A stretch of DNA of 64,000 nt from Clostridiales bacterium (GTDB lineage Bacteria > Bacillota > Clostridia > DUPQ01). Each line of letters begins with the position of its first letter. Position 1 is the stretch's first letter. Positions 26,391 to 36,449 of this stretch are shown here, piece after piece. The notes beneath the pieces are model-generated. The model did no database searches. It was not told the origin of the DNA and was given only the letters and a program-made list of their open reading frames with translations. The DNA is taken from contig JAGLDS010000005.1 of the NCBI GenBank assembly GCA_023145435.1, forward strand, positions 33,715 to 97,714. The letters run 5' to 3'. The position numbers were made by a program, and so were the translations under genes.

Positions 26391-27647
26391 ATGAAATATG
26401 CAATTGCTTTAGGTGGAGGCGGTGCAAAAGGAGCCTATCAAATAGGTGTTTGGAAAGCACTTCGTGAATTAGATATTGAGATTGAAACTGTACTAGGTAC
26501 ATCTGTTGGTGCAATAAATGCAGCAGCTTTTGCAATGGGTAATTATAAGCAAGCAAAGAAGCTATGGAAAGAATTAGATTATTCGACAGTAATATCATTA
26601 AAAAAACAACAAATAACATCCCTTAAAGATATAGATATTATGGGTTTTACAAAAGATGTTTTTTATAAGAGAGGAATTGACATTTCACCACTACGCTTAC
26701 TATTAGAAAAATTTGTAAAAGAGCAAACCATACGTGAATCACCAATTGAATTTGGTATTGTTACAGCATCGCTATCAAATATGAAACCCTATATTTTATT
26801 CGATAAAGATATTCCTGATGGTCAAATTGTTGACTATATTATGGCAAGTGCTGCTTTACCAATATTTCAAAAGCAAGAGATTGATGGCCACGTTTTTATT
26901 GATGGCGGATTTTATGACAATGTTCCTATTAAAGAATTAATTGATAGAGGTCATAAAAACATTATTGCTGTAGATATTTCATGGCTTGGTGTCCATAAAA
27001 AATATGATAGCAAAAAAGCTAATGTGGTCTATATTAAAAACAGTGAAAGTTTAGGTGGGACTCTAGCATTCACAGATCAATTAGTTAAAAGAAATATGCT
27101 GCTAGGTTACCTTGATGCTAAGTTAGCAATGAAACAATATATTGGACAAGAATATTACATAAAAGAGGATAATAGCAAAAACAAATTACTATATCCAATT
27201 ACTCAAGAAGAAATTAATTGGTTATTTACTCCATTTAAGGGATACCATGAAGAAAATATAAAAAAGTATATTCTAAAAACACTTAGAAAACACACTGGAT
27301 GCAAACTAACAGGTGGTAACACAATTATTGCTGCCATGGAGGTTGCAGCAGAAGTGTTACATATTGAACGACTTAAAGAATATACCATGGAAGAATTACA
27401 TGAAGAAATCATGAAAGAATATAGGAAACTAAAAAAAGAAGGAGATACTCCCTTAAAAGAATTATCTAAAAATTTATGGAAAAAGAAAAAAATGATTTTT
27501 AATGATAAAGCTTTTAGTAAGATGTTTACACCATTTGTAATAAAAGATGGAGAAGTACCTTCAATATTAATGTTAGTAACACTACCAAAATTATATATAA
27601 CTAATCTTTATATCTATTTATCCTTATGGAGAGTACAATCTAAATAG
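26391..27647 (+). CDS. Patatin-like phospholipase
   Basis: GGGGAKG oxyanion loop, GTSVG nucleophile elbow, IDGGFYDN catalytic Asp motif, plus a ~170 aa C-terminal extension. Confidence 0.85.
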   Translation: MKYAIALGGGGAKGAYQIGVWKALRELDIEIETVLGTSVGAINAAAFAMGNYKQAKKLWKELDYSTVISLKKQQITSLKDIDIMGFTKDVFYKRGIDISPLRLLLEKFVKEQTIRESPIEFGIVTASLSNMKPYILFDKDIPDGQIVDYIMASAALPIFQKQEIDGHVFIDGGFYDNVPIKELIDRGHKNIIAVDISWLGVHKKYDSKKANVVYIKNSESLGGTLAFTDQLVKRNMLLGYLDAKLAMKQYIGQEYYIKEDNSKNKLLYPITQEEINWLFTPFKGYHEENIKKYILKTLRKHTGCKLTGGNTIIAAMEVAAEVLHIERLKEYTMEELHEEIMKEYRKLKKEGDTPLKELSKNLWKKKKMIFNDKAFSKMFTPFVIKDGEVPSILMLVTLPKLYITNLYIYLSLWRVQSK

Positions 27648-27704
27648 CGATTATTTAGCTAGTAAAAAGATAATTGAAAGTGAATAAAAGAAAAGAGGTA
27701 ATTA

Positions 27705-28478
27705 ATGGAAGTGCTTAAAAAGAAAAAAGGCTTTATATGTGACATGGATGGTGTCATATACCACGGTAACAAAGTATTACCAGGTGCAAAGAAATTTGTA
27801 GAATGGTTACAACAAGAGAAAAAAGAGTTTTTATTTTTAACAAATTCGTCAGAACGATCACCAAAAGAATTATCAGAAAAATTAGCTAGAATGGGTATAA
27901 ATGTTGGAGAAGAACATTTTTATACTAGTGCTCTTGCAACAGCAAGTTTTATAGCAAATCAAAACCCAAACGCAACAGCATATATTATTGGCGAAGCTGG
28001 ATTAATTAATGCAATGTACAATAAAGGACTTACAATGAATGATGTAAATCCTGAATATGTTATTGTTGGTGAAACTAGAAGTTATAGTTTTGAAAAAATT
28101 GAAAAAGCTGTAATGTTTTTACAAAAGGGCGCAAAATTAGTAGGAACTAATCCTGACTTAACAGGTCCAACTGAAAAAGGTATTATGCCAGCAACTGGAG
28201 CACTAACAGCACCTATTGAAATAGCAAGTGGACGAAAAGCATATTATATTGGAAAACCAAATCCATTGATGATGAAACATGCACTAAAAAGACTAGGAAC
28301 AGCTGTAAGTGACACTGTAATCATCGGCGATAGAATGGATACAGACATTGTAGCTGGAATTGAATCAGAACTTGAAACAGTACTAGTTTTAACTGGAGTT
28401 ACAACCAAAGAAGGTGTTAATGATTTTTCATATCGACCTAAGTATGTATTAGAAAATGTTGGTGAAATAATTACATAA
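27705..28478 (+). CDS. HAD-IIA family sugar-phosphatase (NagD-like)
   Basis: FICDMDGVIY (DxDG), LTNSS, GKPNP and IGDRMDTDI motifs. Confidence 0.85.
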   Translation: MEVLKKKKGFICDMDGVIYHGNKVLPGAKKFVEWLQQEKKEFLFLTNSSERSPKELSEKLARMGINVGEEHFYTSALATASFIANQNPNATAYIIGEAGLINAMYNKGLTMNDVNPEYVIVGETRSYSFEKIEKAVMFLQKGAKLVGTNPDLTGPTEKGIMPATGALTAPIEIASGRKAYYIGKPNPLMMKHALKRLGTAVSDTVIIGDRMDTDIVAGIESELETVLVLTGVTTKEGVNDFSYRPKYVLENVGEIIT

Positions 28479-28595
28479 AACCCCCCCAAAAGCAAATATT
28501 GTGATTTTATTATTAACTCTCTTTACTGAAAATTTCATATATGTTATTGTGAATTTGTTATTAATTAGGGATTATCATTTTTTAGGAGGTTTATC

Positions 28596-29415
28596 TTGAA
28601 CAGAAAAAAAGCACTAGAATTACTAAACCTTAGTGAAGAAGCGTCAAATAATCAAATATGTAAGAAATATGATAATATTTTAAGGCAAGCTAAGTTTGAT
28701 AAAACTATAGATACTAAATCAGTATGTGAAGCATATGATTTTTTAATAAGTAATTATAAAACTGAAAACAAAAGCGTAACTAAAATGAAATTTGAAAATT
28801 TTTGTTATTATCATTTAAAAACAGTTAAATTTATTACGGGAATAGTCATATTTATATCATTATGTATAATTTTTATATCTCTTTATATTAAATCTAATCC
28901 AAAACCTGATTTGACAATAGTTTTTGTAGGAGAACGCCTTATATACAAGAACAAATAAAAGAAATTGAATATTACTGTATAGAAGAACTGCATTTAAAAG
29001 CGATAGAGGTTAACTCCTATATAATTGTTGAAACAAAAACAGGTAATAACGGAGAATACACAATTGAGCAAATCATTAATTTAACAAGTCAAATAGAAAC
29101 AGGGTTTGTTATTGCAAATGGTAGCTCTATACTAGAATTTGTAAAAGAAAGTATTATTGTAAGCTTTTCTCATATAGAGCTAAAGAAATTAAATATAACT
29201 AAAGACGATGCAGAATATATGAACTTTACAGTAATATCGGTGAATCAGTACCATATACTATAAAACCATATGGTACAGATATTTTTGGAATAAAAAACAT
29301 ACTAATAGATTATTCATATATTTCAATATTAAAAAGTAGTATGTTCGATAATGAAGTATATAGAATAATAAGCGATTTACTCGAAATGAATAAACCTGTA
29401 AAGGTTTTAAATTAA
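28596..29415 (+). pseudogene. Disrupted gene for a membrane protein with a J-domain-like N-terminus (no HPD). The coding signal continues through two -1 frame changes.
   Basis: Frame 0 is open 28596-28958 (TTG start after AGGAGG). Frame 2 is open 28910-29262 (106 stop-free codons past the frame-0 stop: IQEQIKEIEYYCIEELHLKAIEVNSY...). Frame 1 is open 29203-29415 (70 codons: ...PYGTDIFGIKNILIDYSY...). Stop-free runs this long are unlikely by chance in such AT-rich DNA. Confidence 0.55.
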
Positions 29416-30303
29416 AGGTAGAACAAGTTTATCTACAAGTTCTTCATCTACAGTTAAATTAATATTATCAAACAATTCCCATGTTTCAATATGTTCAATG
29501 GTTTCTTCTGGAGCTAATAAAATAATTGGTGATAGTGATTCTAATTCAATCATATCGTTTTTTGTATATGTTTCATAACTTGATCCTGAATAATCTGGAT
29601 AAAGGGCTTCTTCTATATGTTTGAATTTTTTAATAAATAATTGATTAAAATTATTATAAGCAGCCCACCCAGGTGTATTTGATAAACCAATTTTAAATGG
29701 TGGTTCAAAAGTTGGGTCTTGTTTTATAAAAATATATTTATCACCCCAAGTAACTCTATGATCATTTAATTTAGTATATGGCCATAATGATAACATTCTA
29801 TTAGGTAATAAATTCGTGTCTTTTTGCTCTTGTGGGATAACTTCTAATCCACCTGGTGCCATTACAGTTAATGCCCATGCAGCTAATTTTATATCCCATA
29901 ATCCCTTATTGGTTAAATAGTGTTTTATAGTTACTTTTGTACTATTTGAATCAAGTGTAACTAGTAAGTCTTTTTTTATAAAAGTACTTTTTTCGGTTTT
30001 CTGAGAAATATTTACACCATTTTCTATAACAGTAATATCAACTTTCTCATTATCAGGTGCATATGATCGTGGCATAGCCTCTGGTGAATGCCATAAACGA
30101 TGGCCACCATAGATATTCCATTCATCTCCACCTGTTAAACCAGCGGTATCATCAAAGATTTTCATATGATTATCTTTTCCAATAAATGAATAATTAATGA
30201 TTCTAGGTCCAATTTCTGAAGTGATTATTACTTGCACTAAATCGTTGGTTAATTGATAGCAATTTTTCCACCCAGCATATGAAGTTTTTTTAACAGTTGT
30301 CAT
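29407..30303 (-). CDS. Galactose-mutarotase-fold-like protein (DUF4380-like)
   Basis: AGWKNCYQLTNDLVQVIITSEIGPRII and YGGHRLWHSPE resemble aldose-epimerase-like DUF4380 proteins. I prefer the ATG at 30303, preceded by AAAGGAGGA, over the ORF-track start at 30378. Confidence 0.4.
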   Translation of the reverse strand: MTTVKKTSYAGWKNCYQLTNDLVQVIITSEIGPRIINYSFIGKDNHMKIFDDTAGLTGGDEWNIYGGHRLWHSPEAMPRSYAPDNEKVDITVIENGVNISQKTEKSTFIKKDLLVTLDSNSTKVTIKHYLTNKGLWDIKLAAWALTVMAPGGLEVIPQEQKDTNLLPNRMLSLWPYTKLNDHRVTWGDKYIFIKQDPTFEPPFKIGLSNTPGWAAYNNFNQLFIKKFKHIEEALYPDYSGSSYETYTKNDMIELESLSPIILLAPEETIEHIETWELFDNINLTVDEELVDKLVLPLI

Positions 30304-30426
30304 AAAAAATTCCTCCTTTTGAATGTATGATATAATCTTAACATAAATGGTGTTTAAAGACATATTTTTTATGGACAAGTAACAATTAAACCGTTATAAT
30401 AAATCTTAAATTATGGAGATGATTAT

Positions 30427-31260
30427 ATGAAATTTACAAAAATGCATGGAATTGGCAATGACTATGTTTATGTTAATTGCTATGAAGAAAAAGTTAATAA
30501 TATTAGTGAAGTAGCCAAATTTGTTAGTAATAGACACTTTGGGATAGGCTCTGATGGATTAATATTAATTTGTAAAAGTAAAACTTGTGATTTTAAAATG
30601 AGAATGTTTAATGCAGATGGTTCAGAATCTGAAATGTGTGGAAATGGAATTAGATGTGTAGGTAAATATGTTTATGATAATAAAATGACAGATAAAGGTG
30701 TAATTAACATTGAAACACTTGCGGGAATAAAAACTCTTGAAATGCAGATTGTTAAAAATAAAGTTACTACTGTAAAAGTGGATATGGGTGAACCCATTTT
30801 AATACCAACAATAATACCTGTTAATAGCAAGAATGATACTTTTGTAAATCAACCAGTTAAGATATTAGATAAAACATTAAATATAACAGCTGTATCAATG
30901 GGAAATCCACATGCTATTTGCTATGTTGATGATGTTTCTAATTATGATATTGAAAAATATGGTAAAGTAATGGAAGTTCATGAATTATTTCCAAAAAGAA
31001 CAAATACAGAATTTGTAGAAGTAATTGATAGAAAAAATTTAAAAATGAGAGTATGGGAACGAGGAGCTGGTGAAACTTTAGCTTGTGGAACAGGTGCTTG
31101 TGCAGTTTTAGTTGCTTCTGTTTTAAATGATTTATGTGAGAGAAGTGTAACTATACAATTACTTGGTGGTCAATTAAATATTGAATGGAATAAAGAAGAT
31201 AATCACATCTATATGACAGGTTCGGCAACAACCGTTTTTACAGGAGAAATCATAATATAA
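30427..31260 (+). CDS. dapF: Diaminopimelate epimerase
   Basis: [12 protein letters not shown], the first catalytic Cys in MCGNGIRC and the second in ACGTGACA. Confidence 0.93.
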   Translation: MKFTKMHGIGNDYVYVNCYEEKVNNISEVAKFVSNRHFGIGSDGLILICKSKTCDFKMRMFNADGSESEMCGNGIRCVGKYVYDNKMTDKGVINIETLAGIKTLEMQIVKNKVTTVKVDMGEPILIPTIIPVNSKNDTFVNQPVKILDKTLNITAVSMGNPHAICYVDDVSNYDIEKYGKVMEVHELFPKRTNTEFVEVIDRKNLKMRVWERGAGETLACGTGACAVLVASVLNDLCERSVTIQLLGGQLNIEWNKEDNHIYMTGSATTVFTGEIII

Positions 31261-31276
31261 GGAGAGATAAGACAAC

Positions 31277-32509
31277 ATGGCAAAGGTTAATGAGAATTTT
31301 TTAAAACTACCTGGTAATTATTTATTTGCAGAAATAAAAAAGAGAATAAACCAATTTAGTGAGGCAAATCCTAAAGCTGATATTATAAAATTAGGAATTG
31401 GTGATGTAACACGACCTCTTATAGATGAAGTTATTACTCAACTACATAGTGGCGTAGATGATATGGCTAATGAAGCAACTTTTAAAGGATATGGTCCTGA
31501 TCAAGGATATACTTTTTTATTAGAAGCTATTATTGAAAATGAATATGTCTCAAGAGGTGTATCGTTTGATAATTATGAAATATTCTTAAGTGATGGAGCT
31601 AAGTGCGATACAGGAAATTTCCAAGAAATATTTGGAATTGATAATATTATTGCTGTTAGTGATCCTGTTTATCCTGTATATGTAGATACCAATGCAATGG
31701 CTGGGCGAACAGGTGAATTTATTAATGGAAAATGGAATAAAGTAGTTTATATGCCTTGCACTGAAGACAATAACTTTACTCCACAACCACCAAACCAAAA
31801 AGCTGACTTAATTTATTTATGCTCACCAAATAATCCAACTGGAACTACAATGTCTAGAGAAGATTTAACAAAATGGGTAGCATATGCTAAAGAAAATAAA
31901 TCAATTATTTTATATGATGCTGCATATTCTGATTATATTTCAGAAGATGATGGTGTAAAAACCATTTATGAAATTGACGGTGCAAAAGAAGTTGCTGTTG
32001 AATTTAGAAGTTTTTCTAAAAAAGCTGGGTTTACTGGAACTAGATGTGCTTTTACAGTTGTTCCAAAGGAATTGATGGCATATACCACTGAAGGTGAAGC
32101 AATTTCACTTAATAAATTATGGGCAAGAAGAGTTGCAACAAAATTCAATGGAGTTTCATATATTGTTCAAAAAGGAGCGGCAGCTGTATATTCACCAGAT
32201 GGTAAAAAACAGACAAAAGCTGTAATTGATTATTATATGGAAAATGCAAAAATTATTAGAGAAGGCTTAAAAAGTATAGGGCTAAAAGTATTTGGAGGAG
32301 TAAATGCTCCATATATCTGGTTACAAACACCAGATAATATGTCCTCTTGGGACTTCTTTGATAAATTAATAAATGAAGTATATGTAGTTGGAACACCTGG
32401 ATCTGGGTTTGGACCAAGTGGAGAAGGATACTTTAGATTAACAGCTTTTGGAAGTCGTGAAAATACGATAAAAGCGATAGAGAGAATTAAACAAAGTTTA
32501 AAAGTATAA
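31277..32509 (+). CDS. dapL: LL-diaminopimelate aminotransferase
   Basis: 410 aa. N-terminal [23 protein letters not shown], and PLP-lysine block [15 protein letters not shown]. Adjacent to dapF. Confidence 0.85.
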   Translation: MAKVNENFLKLPGNYLFAEIKKRINQFSEANPKADIIKLGIGDVTRPLIDEVITQLHSGVDDMANEATFKGYGPDQGYTFLLEAIIENEYVSRGVSFDNYEIFLSDGAKCDTGNFQEIFGIDNIIAVSDPVYPVYVDTNAMAGRTGEFINGKWNKVVYMPCTEDNNFTPQPPNQKADLIYLCSPNNPTGTTMSREDLTKWVAYAKENKSIILYDAAYSDYISEDDGVKTIYEIDGAKEVAVEFRSFSKKAGFTGTRCAFTVVPKELMAYTTEGEAISLNKLWARRVATKFNGVSYIVQKGAAAVYSPDGKKQTKAVIDYYMENAKIIREGLKSIGLKVFGGVNAPYIWLQTPDNMSSWDFFDKLINEVYVVGTPGSGFGPSGEGYFRLTAFGSRENTIKAIERIKQSLKV

Positions 32510-32515
32510 CAAATT

Positions 32516-32542
32516 GACACGGTTGATACCGTGTCTTTTTTT
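32516..32542 (+). terminator. Rho-independent terminator after dapL, placed between convergent genes
   Basis: GACACGG / TTGATA loop / CCGTGTC followed by TTTTTTT. Confidence 0.8.
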
Positions 32543-32565
32543 GTTAATTTTTAATTCAAAATTTA

Positions 32566-33468
32566 TTATAAGGTTTCTTTAACCATTTGTTCAAATAATA
32601 AAATCTGTTCTAATGGTGGTGATTGATATGGTGGTAATAACCGAGTGGAAAAATCGTTAATGTTATATTTAACATATAATTTATCATAAGCACCATCTAT
32701 ATATGGTCCTGTAATTATTTCTTTCATTTTAGTATGTATAGTGTTTATTTTTTCCAAGTATGAACTTACTAATTCTTTATCATGATTTTTAACAGCTATT
32801 TGAAATTGCTTAATCATTGATAAATCAAGATTTCCAATGGAAATCAATAGTGAACAATCTGTATATTCTGATAATTTAGCAAAATTATTTTCGGTTAGGA
32901 AAAATTGTAGTGGAGTTTCTTCATTAGATAATACTTCTATATCTTCATCAGATAATCTAGTATGTTTAACTGCTATAAAATTTTCATATTCGTTGGCTAA
33001 TTGAATTAATAATTTGGCTGGTAAAAAGCGTTTTACTCTCGTAAGATTATATAGTAAAAAATTACAGTCACGATTTTTTCCTAAAAGTTCGTCCATTAAT
33101 GAGCGGATTTCCACATCACTTACTTCTTGCCAACTAGGTAAAGAAAATTGAAAATCAGTAATCCCATATTTTTTTGCAATATTAATCTTTTCTTGCATAC
33201 GCTGAGGAGATAAATCAATTAAACCAACCATGGTCTGAAGTGACTTACTATCCATAAGTTTTGCATAGTAACTTACAATTTCTTCAAATTGTTTATGATT
33301 AACAGCATATCCTTCTCCTGCTGTACCAAAAAGGTATATGTGAGTAATACCGTTATCAATTAAGTTATTAATTTGTTTAGCAAATGATTGTTTCTGAAAT
33401 TCATATTTATCGTTCCAAGGAATACAGGCTGTTGCTAAAATAATGTCTTCATATCGTTTTTTTATCAT
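32566..33468 (-). CDS. DHDPS/N-acetylneuraminate-lyase superfamily aldolase (divergent; probably not canonical DapA)
   Basis: GTAGEG in place of GTTGE, LLYNLTR (family YN-P-type motif), IAVKHT candidate Schiff-base Lys. About 300 aa. Confidence 0.65.
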   Translation of the reverse strand: MIKKRYEDIILATACIPWNDKYEFQKQSFAKQINNLIDNGITHIYLFGTAGEGYAVNHKQFEEIVSYYAKLMDSKSLQTMVGLIDLSPQRMQEKINIAKKYGITDFQFSLPSWQEVSDVEIRSLMDELLGKNRDCNFLLYNLTRVKRFLPAKLLIQLANEYENFIAVKHTRLSDEDIEVLSNEETPLQFFLTENNFAKLSEYTDCSLLISIGNLDLSMIKQFQIAVKNHDKELVSSYLEKINTIHTKMKEIITGPYIDGAYDKLYVKYNINDFSTRLLPPYQSPPLEQILLFEQMVKETL

Positions 33469-33535
33469 AATAATTTATCTCCCTTTATCCCATTTTACAA
33501 TATTTTTTGTTATAATCATACATAGGGAGTAAGAA

Positions 33536-34441
33536 ATGGAAAAATTTAAAAAAATAGACATTCATATACATTCAAGAAAAATTCGAAGCATTATTAGACA
33601 GACTAACAATAAAACATATGCATTACCCCATGAAATTAGAGAAATTTATGATAAGTGGGGCATCGAAAAAGGTGTGCTTTTAACTAGAACTAGTCCTGAG
33701 ATGCATTTTCATGTTCAAACTAACGAACAAGCTGCAGAATTAGCGAATACTAATAGCGATATATTTTATTGGTTTATGGATATAGATCCTCGTATGGGTT
33801 TTAATTCAACAGATACTGATTTTTCTTATTTTATTGAATATTATAAAAAGCTTGGAGCAAAAGGGGTAGGTGAATTAACTGCAAATATACCAATTGATGA
33901 TCCATTAACGATGAACTTATTTTCTCATTGTGAAAAATGTAATGTTCCAGTAACAATCCATATTGCAAATCAACAAGGTGGTATGTATGGATTAGTTGAT
34001 AAGTTTGGGTTACCAGGATTGCAAAAAGTACTTTCTACCTATCCTAATTTAAAAATATTAGGACATTCAACTTGTTTTTGGTCTCATATTGGAACAAATG
34101 TAACAAATAAAAATTGGAATTCATATATTAATGGCAAAATAGAACCTGGAATCTTAGTAGATATGTTCTATAAATATCCAAACCTATTAGGTGATTTATC
34201 AGCAGGTAGTGGTAATAACGCAATTATGAGAGATGAAGAATTTGGATTGTGGTTTTTACATGAATTCCAAGATAGGTTATTCTTTGGAACTGATTTAAGT
34301 TCAGCTGATTTATATTTTGAATTTCCTTTCTGGTTAGATAAAAAATTAGAAGAAGGTAAATTAAAAGAGAATGCATATAGAAAAATATGCAGGGATAATG
34401 CATTAATATTATTGGGAGAAAAGAATGAAGGGAAAAATTAA
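33536..34441 (+). CDS. Amidohydrolase-2 (PF04909-like) metal-dependent hydrolase, paralog 1
   Basis: IDIHIHS N-terminal metal motif, VTIHIA, ILGHS, FFGTD C-terminal Asp motif. Confidence 0.65.
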   Translation: MEKFKKIDIHIHSRKIRSIIRQTNNKTYALPHEIREIYDKWGIEKGVLLTRTSPEMHFHVQTNEQAAELANTNSDIFYWFMDIDPRMGFNSTDTDFSYFIEYYKKLGAKGVGELTANIPIDDPLTMNLFSHCEKCNVPVTIHIANQQGGMYGLVDKFGLPGLQKVLSTYPNLKILGHSTCFWSHIGTNVTNKNWNSYINGKIEPGILVDMFYKYPNLLGDLSAGSGNNAIMRDEEFGLWFLHEFQDRLFFGTDLSSADLYFEFPFWLDKKLEEGKLKENAYRKICRDNALILLGEKNEGKN

Positions 34442-35321
34442 AAAAATTGATATTCATGTTCATACTAGAATGAAAAAAGGTATAGCTAGACCCACTAATG
34501 GAGCTTATTATGCATCACCTTTAGAAATAAGAGAAAAATATGAGCAATATGGTATTGAAAAAGGAGTAATTTTACCAGGAATTAATAATGAATTTGGATT
34601 TCATATGCAATCTAATGAGGATGCTTATGAATTGGTGGAGAAATATAGTGATACGTTTTATTGGTTTTGCAATTTACATCCTAGAATGGGATTAAACTCA
34701 CCTGAAACTGATTTTTCATATTTTTTAAATTATTATAAGAAATTAGGAGCAAAAGGTGTAGGTGAAACTACTTGTAATTTATATTTTGATGATCCGCTAA
34801 CCATGAATATGCTATACCATTGTGAACAATGTGAAATGCCTGTAACCATTCATATTGCTCCACAAATTGGTGGGTTTTATGGATTAGTTGATGATTTAGG
34901 ATTACCACGATTAGAAAAAGTACTAGATACTTACCCAAAATTAAAAATATTAGGTCATTCTCAATTTTTCTGGTCAGAAATTGGTAACGATGTTACTAAT
35001 AAGACTAGGGGATTATACCCTAAGGGTGTTGTTAAACCTGGTAGAGTAGTTGAGCTATTTGAAACTTATGACAATTTATTAGGGGACTTATCTGCAGGAA
35101 GCGGAGGTAATGCCATTATGAGAGATGAGGATTTTGGATTGTGGTTTTTAGAAAAATTTCAAGACAGACTATACTTTGGAACAGATATATGTGCACCTTT
35201 TAATCATGTTGAATTACCAGGGTGGTTAGATAAAAAATATGATGAAGGAAAAATTTCTAAACAAGTTTATGAAAAAGTATGTAGAGATAATGCTTTGAAT
35301 TTGTTAAAATGTTTTGAGTAA
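34425..35321 (+). CDS. Amidohydrolase-2 (PF04909-like) metal-dependent hydrolase, paralog 2
   Basis: Collinear with paralog 1 at roughly 60% identity by eye (IDIHVHT, YYKKLGAKGVGE, VTIHIA, LKILGHS, LLGDLSAGSG.NAIMRDE.FGLWFL, YFGTD). The start overlaps paralog 1 by 17 nt. Confidence 0.65.
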   Translation: MKGKIKKIDIHVHTRMKKGIARPTNGAYYASPLEIREKYEQYGIEKGVILPGINNEFGFHMQSNEDAYELVEKYSDTFYWFCNLHPRMGLNSPETDFSYFLNYYKKLGAKGVGETTCNLYFDDPLTMNMLYHCEQCEMPVTIHIAPQIGGFYGLVDDLGLPRLEKVLDTYPKLKILGHSQFFWSEIGNDVTNKTRGLYPKGVVKPGRVVELFETYDNLLGDLSAGSGGNAIMRDEDFGLWFLEKFQDRLYFGTDICAPFNHVELPGWLDKKYDEGKISKQVYEKVCRDNALNLLKCFE

Positions 35322-35368
35322 GCATTTTGAGGGTAATAAATACTATTAGTTTTTAGGAGGCATTATAG

Positions 35369-35698
35369 ATGGCAGATTCAGTATTAACTGTTATTACCAA
35401 TGACAATTTTGAAGAGGAAGTAATACAATCAACGATTCCTGTAATAGCAGATTTTTGGGCAGGATGGTGTGGCCCTTGTAGAGCATTAGCACCAACATTT
35501 GAACGATTAGCCAATCAATTTGATGGAAGAGTAAAATTTGTTAAAGTAAATGTAGATGAAGCGGGAGAAGTAACCAATAAATTTAAAATTATGAGTATTC
35601 CTACAATGCTAATATTTAAAGATGGTAAAGTAGTAGAAACACTCATTGGTTTACGACCTGGAAATGCAATTGCTGACTTGCTAAACAAAATTAAGTAG
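35369..35698 (+). CDS. trxA: Thioredoxin
   Basis: WAGWCGPCR active site; 109 aa. Confidence 0.93.
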   Translation: MADSVLTVITNDNFEEEVIQSTIPVIADFWAGWCGPCRALAPTFERLANQFDGRVKFVKVNVDEAGEVTNKFKIMSIPTMLIFKDGKVVETLIGLRPGNAIADLLNKIK

Positions 35699-35726
35699 TA
35701 TATAATTAATTAAGAATAAAACTGAT

Positions 35727-35754
35727 AATTGCATAATGAAAATTATGCAATTTT
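35727..35754 (+). terminator. AT-rich hairpin after trxA
   Basis: AATTGCATAAT / GAAA loop / ATTATGCAATT followed by TT. Confidence 0.5.
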
Positions 35755-35775
35755 ACTATTAGAAAGAGAGGGTTT

Positions 35776-36348
35776 ATGATGGCAGGAAAAAGATTTTCAT
35801 CATCAATGAGCGGTTACAATAAAAAAGAAGTAGATAGTTACTTAAAAAATATTTTTGATGATTTTGAAGAGAAGTTGGTAGAAAAAGATGTCGAAATAAA
35901 TAAATTAGTAGGTCAATTAAAAGATCTTTCTCAGAAATACGAAAACATTAAAATAAAAGAAGATCAAATTGATATTGAAAAAGAAAAAATATCAAAGGCA
36001 CTTGTAAGGGCTGATGAGACATATGCACAAATTATTAACGATGCTAAAAGAGAAGCATTAGTTGAAACAGAGCACTTAGAAAATAAAGCAGAAGAGCAAC
36101 GAGAAAAAGTAGTTGATATCAAAAAAGAATTATTAGAATTAAGAGAAGCTGCTTATAAAATGCTTGACAAGTATAAAAACGCAATTGATGATATCAATCA
36201 AGAATATGATGTTGTTTTTGAAGAAAAAGATGAACCTAATGAGCCTGTAGAGGAGATAAAAATTGTGGCAGAGGAAGAAAACTTTGAGTATGTTGAGTAT
36301 AAAATTACAGATGATGCTGAAGAAATAGATGCCGAAGAAGAACTATAA
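35776..36348 (+). CDS. DivIVA-domain protein
   Basis: N-terminal FSSSMSGYNKKEVDSYL (DivIVA lipid-binding domain), a long coiled coil and an acidic tail. Confidence 0.75.
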   Translation: MMAGKRFSSSMSGYNKKEVDSYLKNIFDDFEEKLVEKDVEINKLVGQLKDLSQKYENIKIKEDQIDIEKEKISKALVRADETYAQIINDAKREALVETEHLENKAEEQREKVVDIKKELLELREAAYKMLDKYKNAIDDINQEYDVVFEEKDEPNEPVEEIKIVAEEENFEYVEYKITDDAEEIDAEEEL

Positions 36349-36374
36349 CAATAAAAATTATATAAATAATTGTT

Positions 36375-36401
36375 ATGAGAACCGGCACAATCGGTTCTCA
36401 T
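36375..36401 (+). terminator. GC-containing hairpin after the DivIVA-domain gene (no clear T-run)
   Basis: ATGAGAACCG / GCACAAT loop / CGGTTCTCAT. Confidence 0.4.
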
Positions 36402-36449
36402 ATGTATATAATAGAAAATGCTATTAATAATTAAAAGGGATATTATTCT

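Noticed and set aside
26391-27647. Patatin-like phospholipase as an effector of a CBASS-like or other defence system
   Set aside because: No cyclase, nucleotide sensor, E1/E2/JAB or other partner genes are adjacent. The neighbours are a tRNA array and a HAD phosphatase with separate expression signals. It is most simply a lone lipase.
30304-30426. Looked for a lysine (L-box) riboswitch upstream of dapF
   Set aside because: The intergenic region is only 123 nt, AT-rich, and holds promoter-like TGaTATAAT/TTATAAT elements. I could not recognise any conserved L-box helices or motifs.
33536-35321. Tandem amidohydrolase paralogs, and the BNR pair at 61294-63527, as possible assembly duplications
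   Set aside because: The copies are clearly diverged, at about 60% and lower protein identity by eye, with different junction sequences. They are genuine old duplications and not collapsed or expanded repeats.
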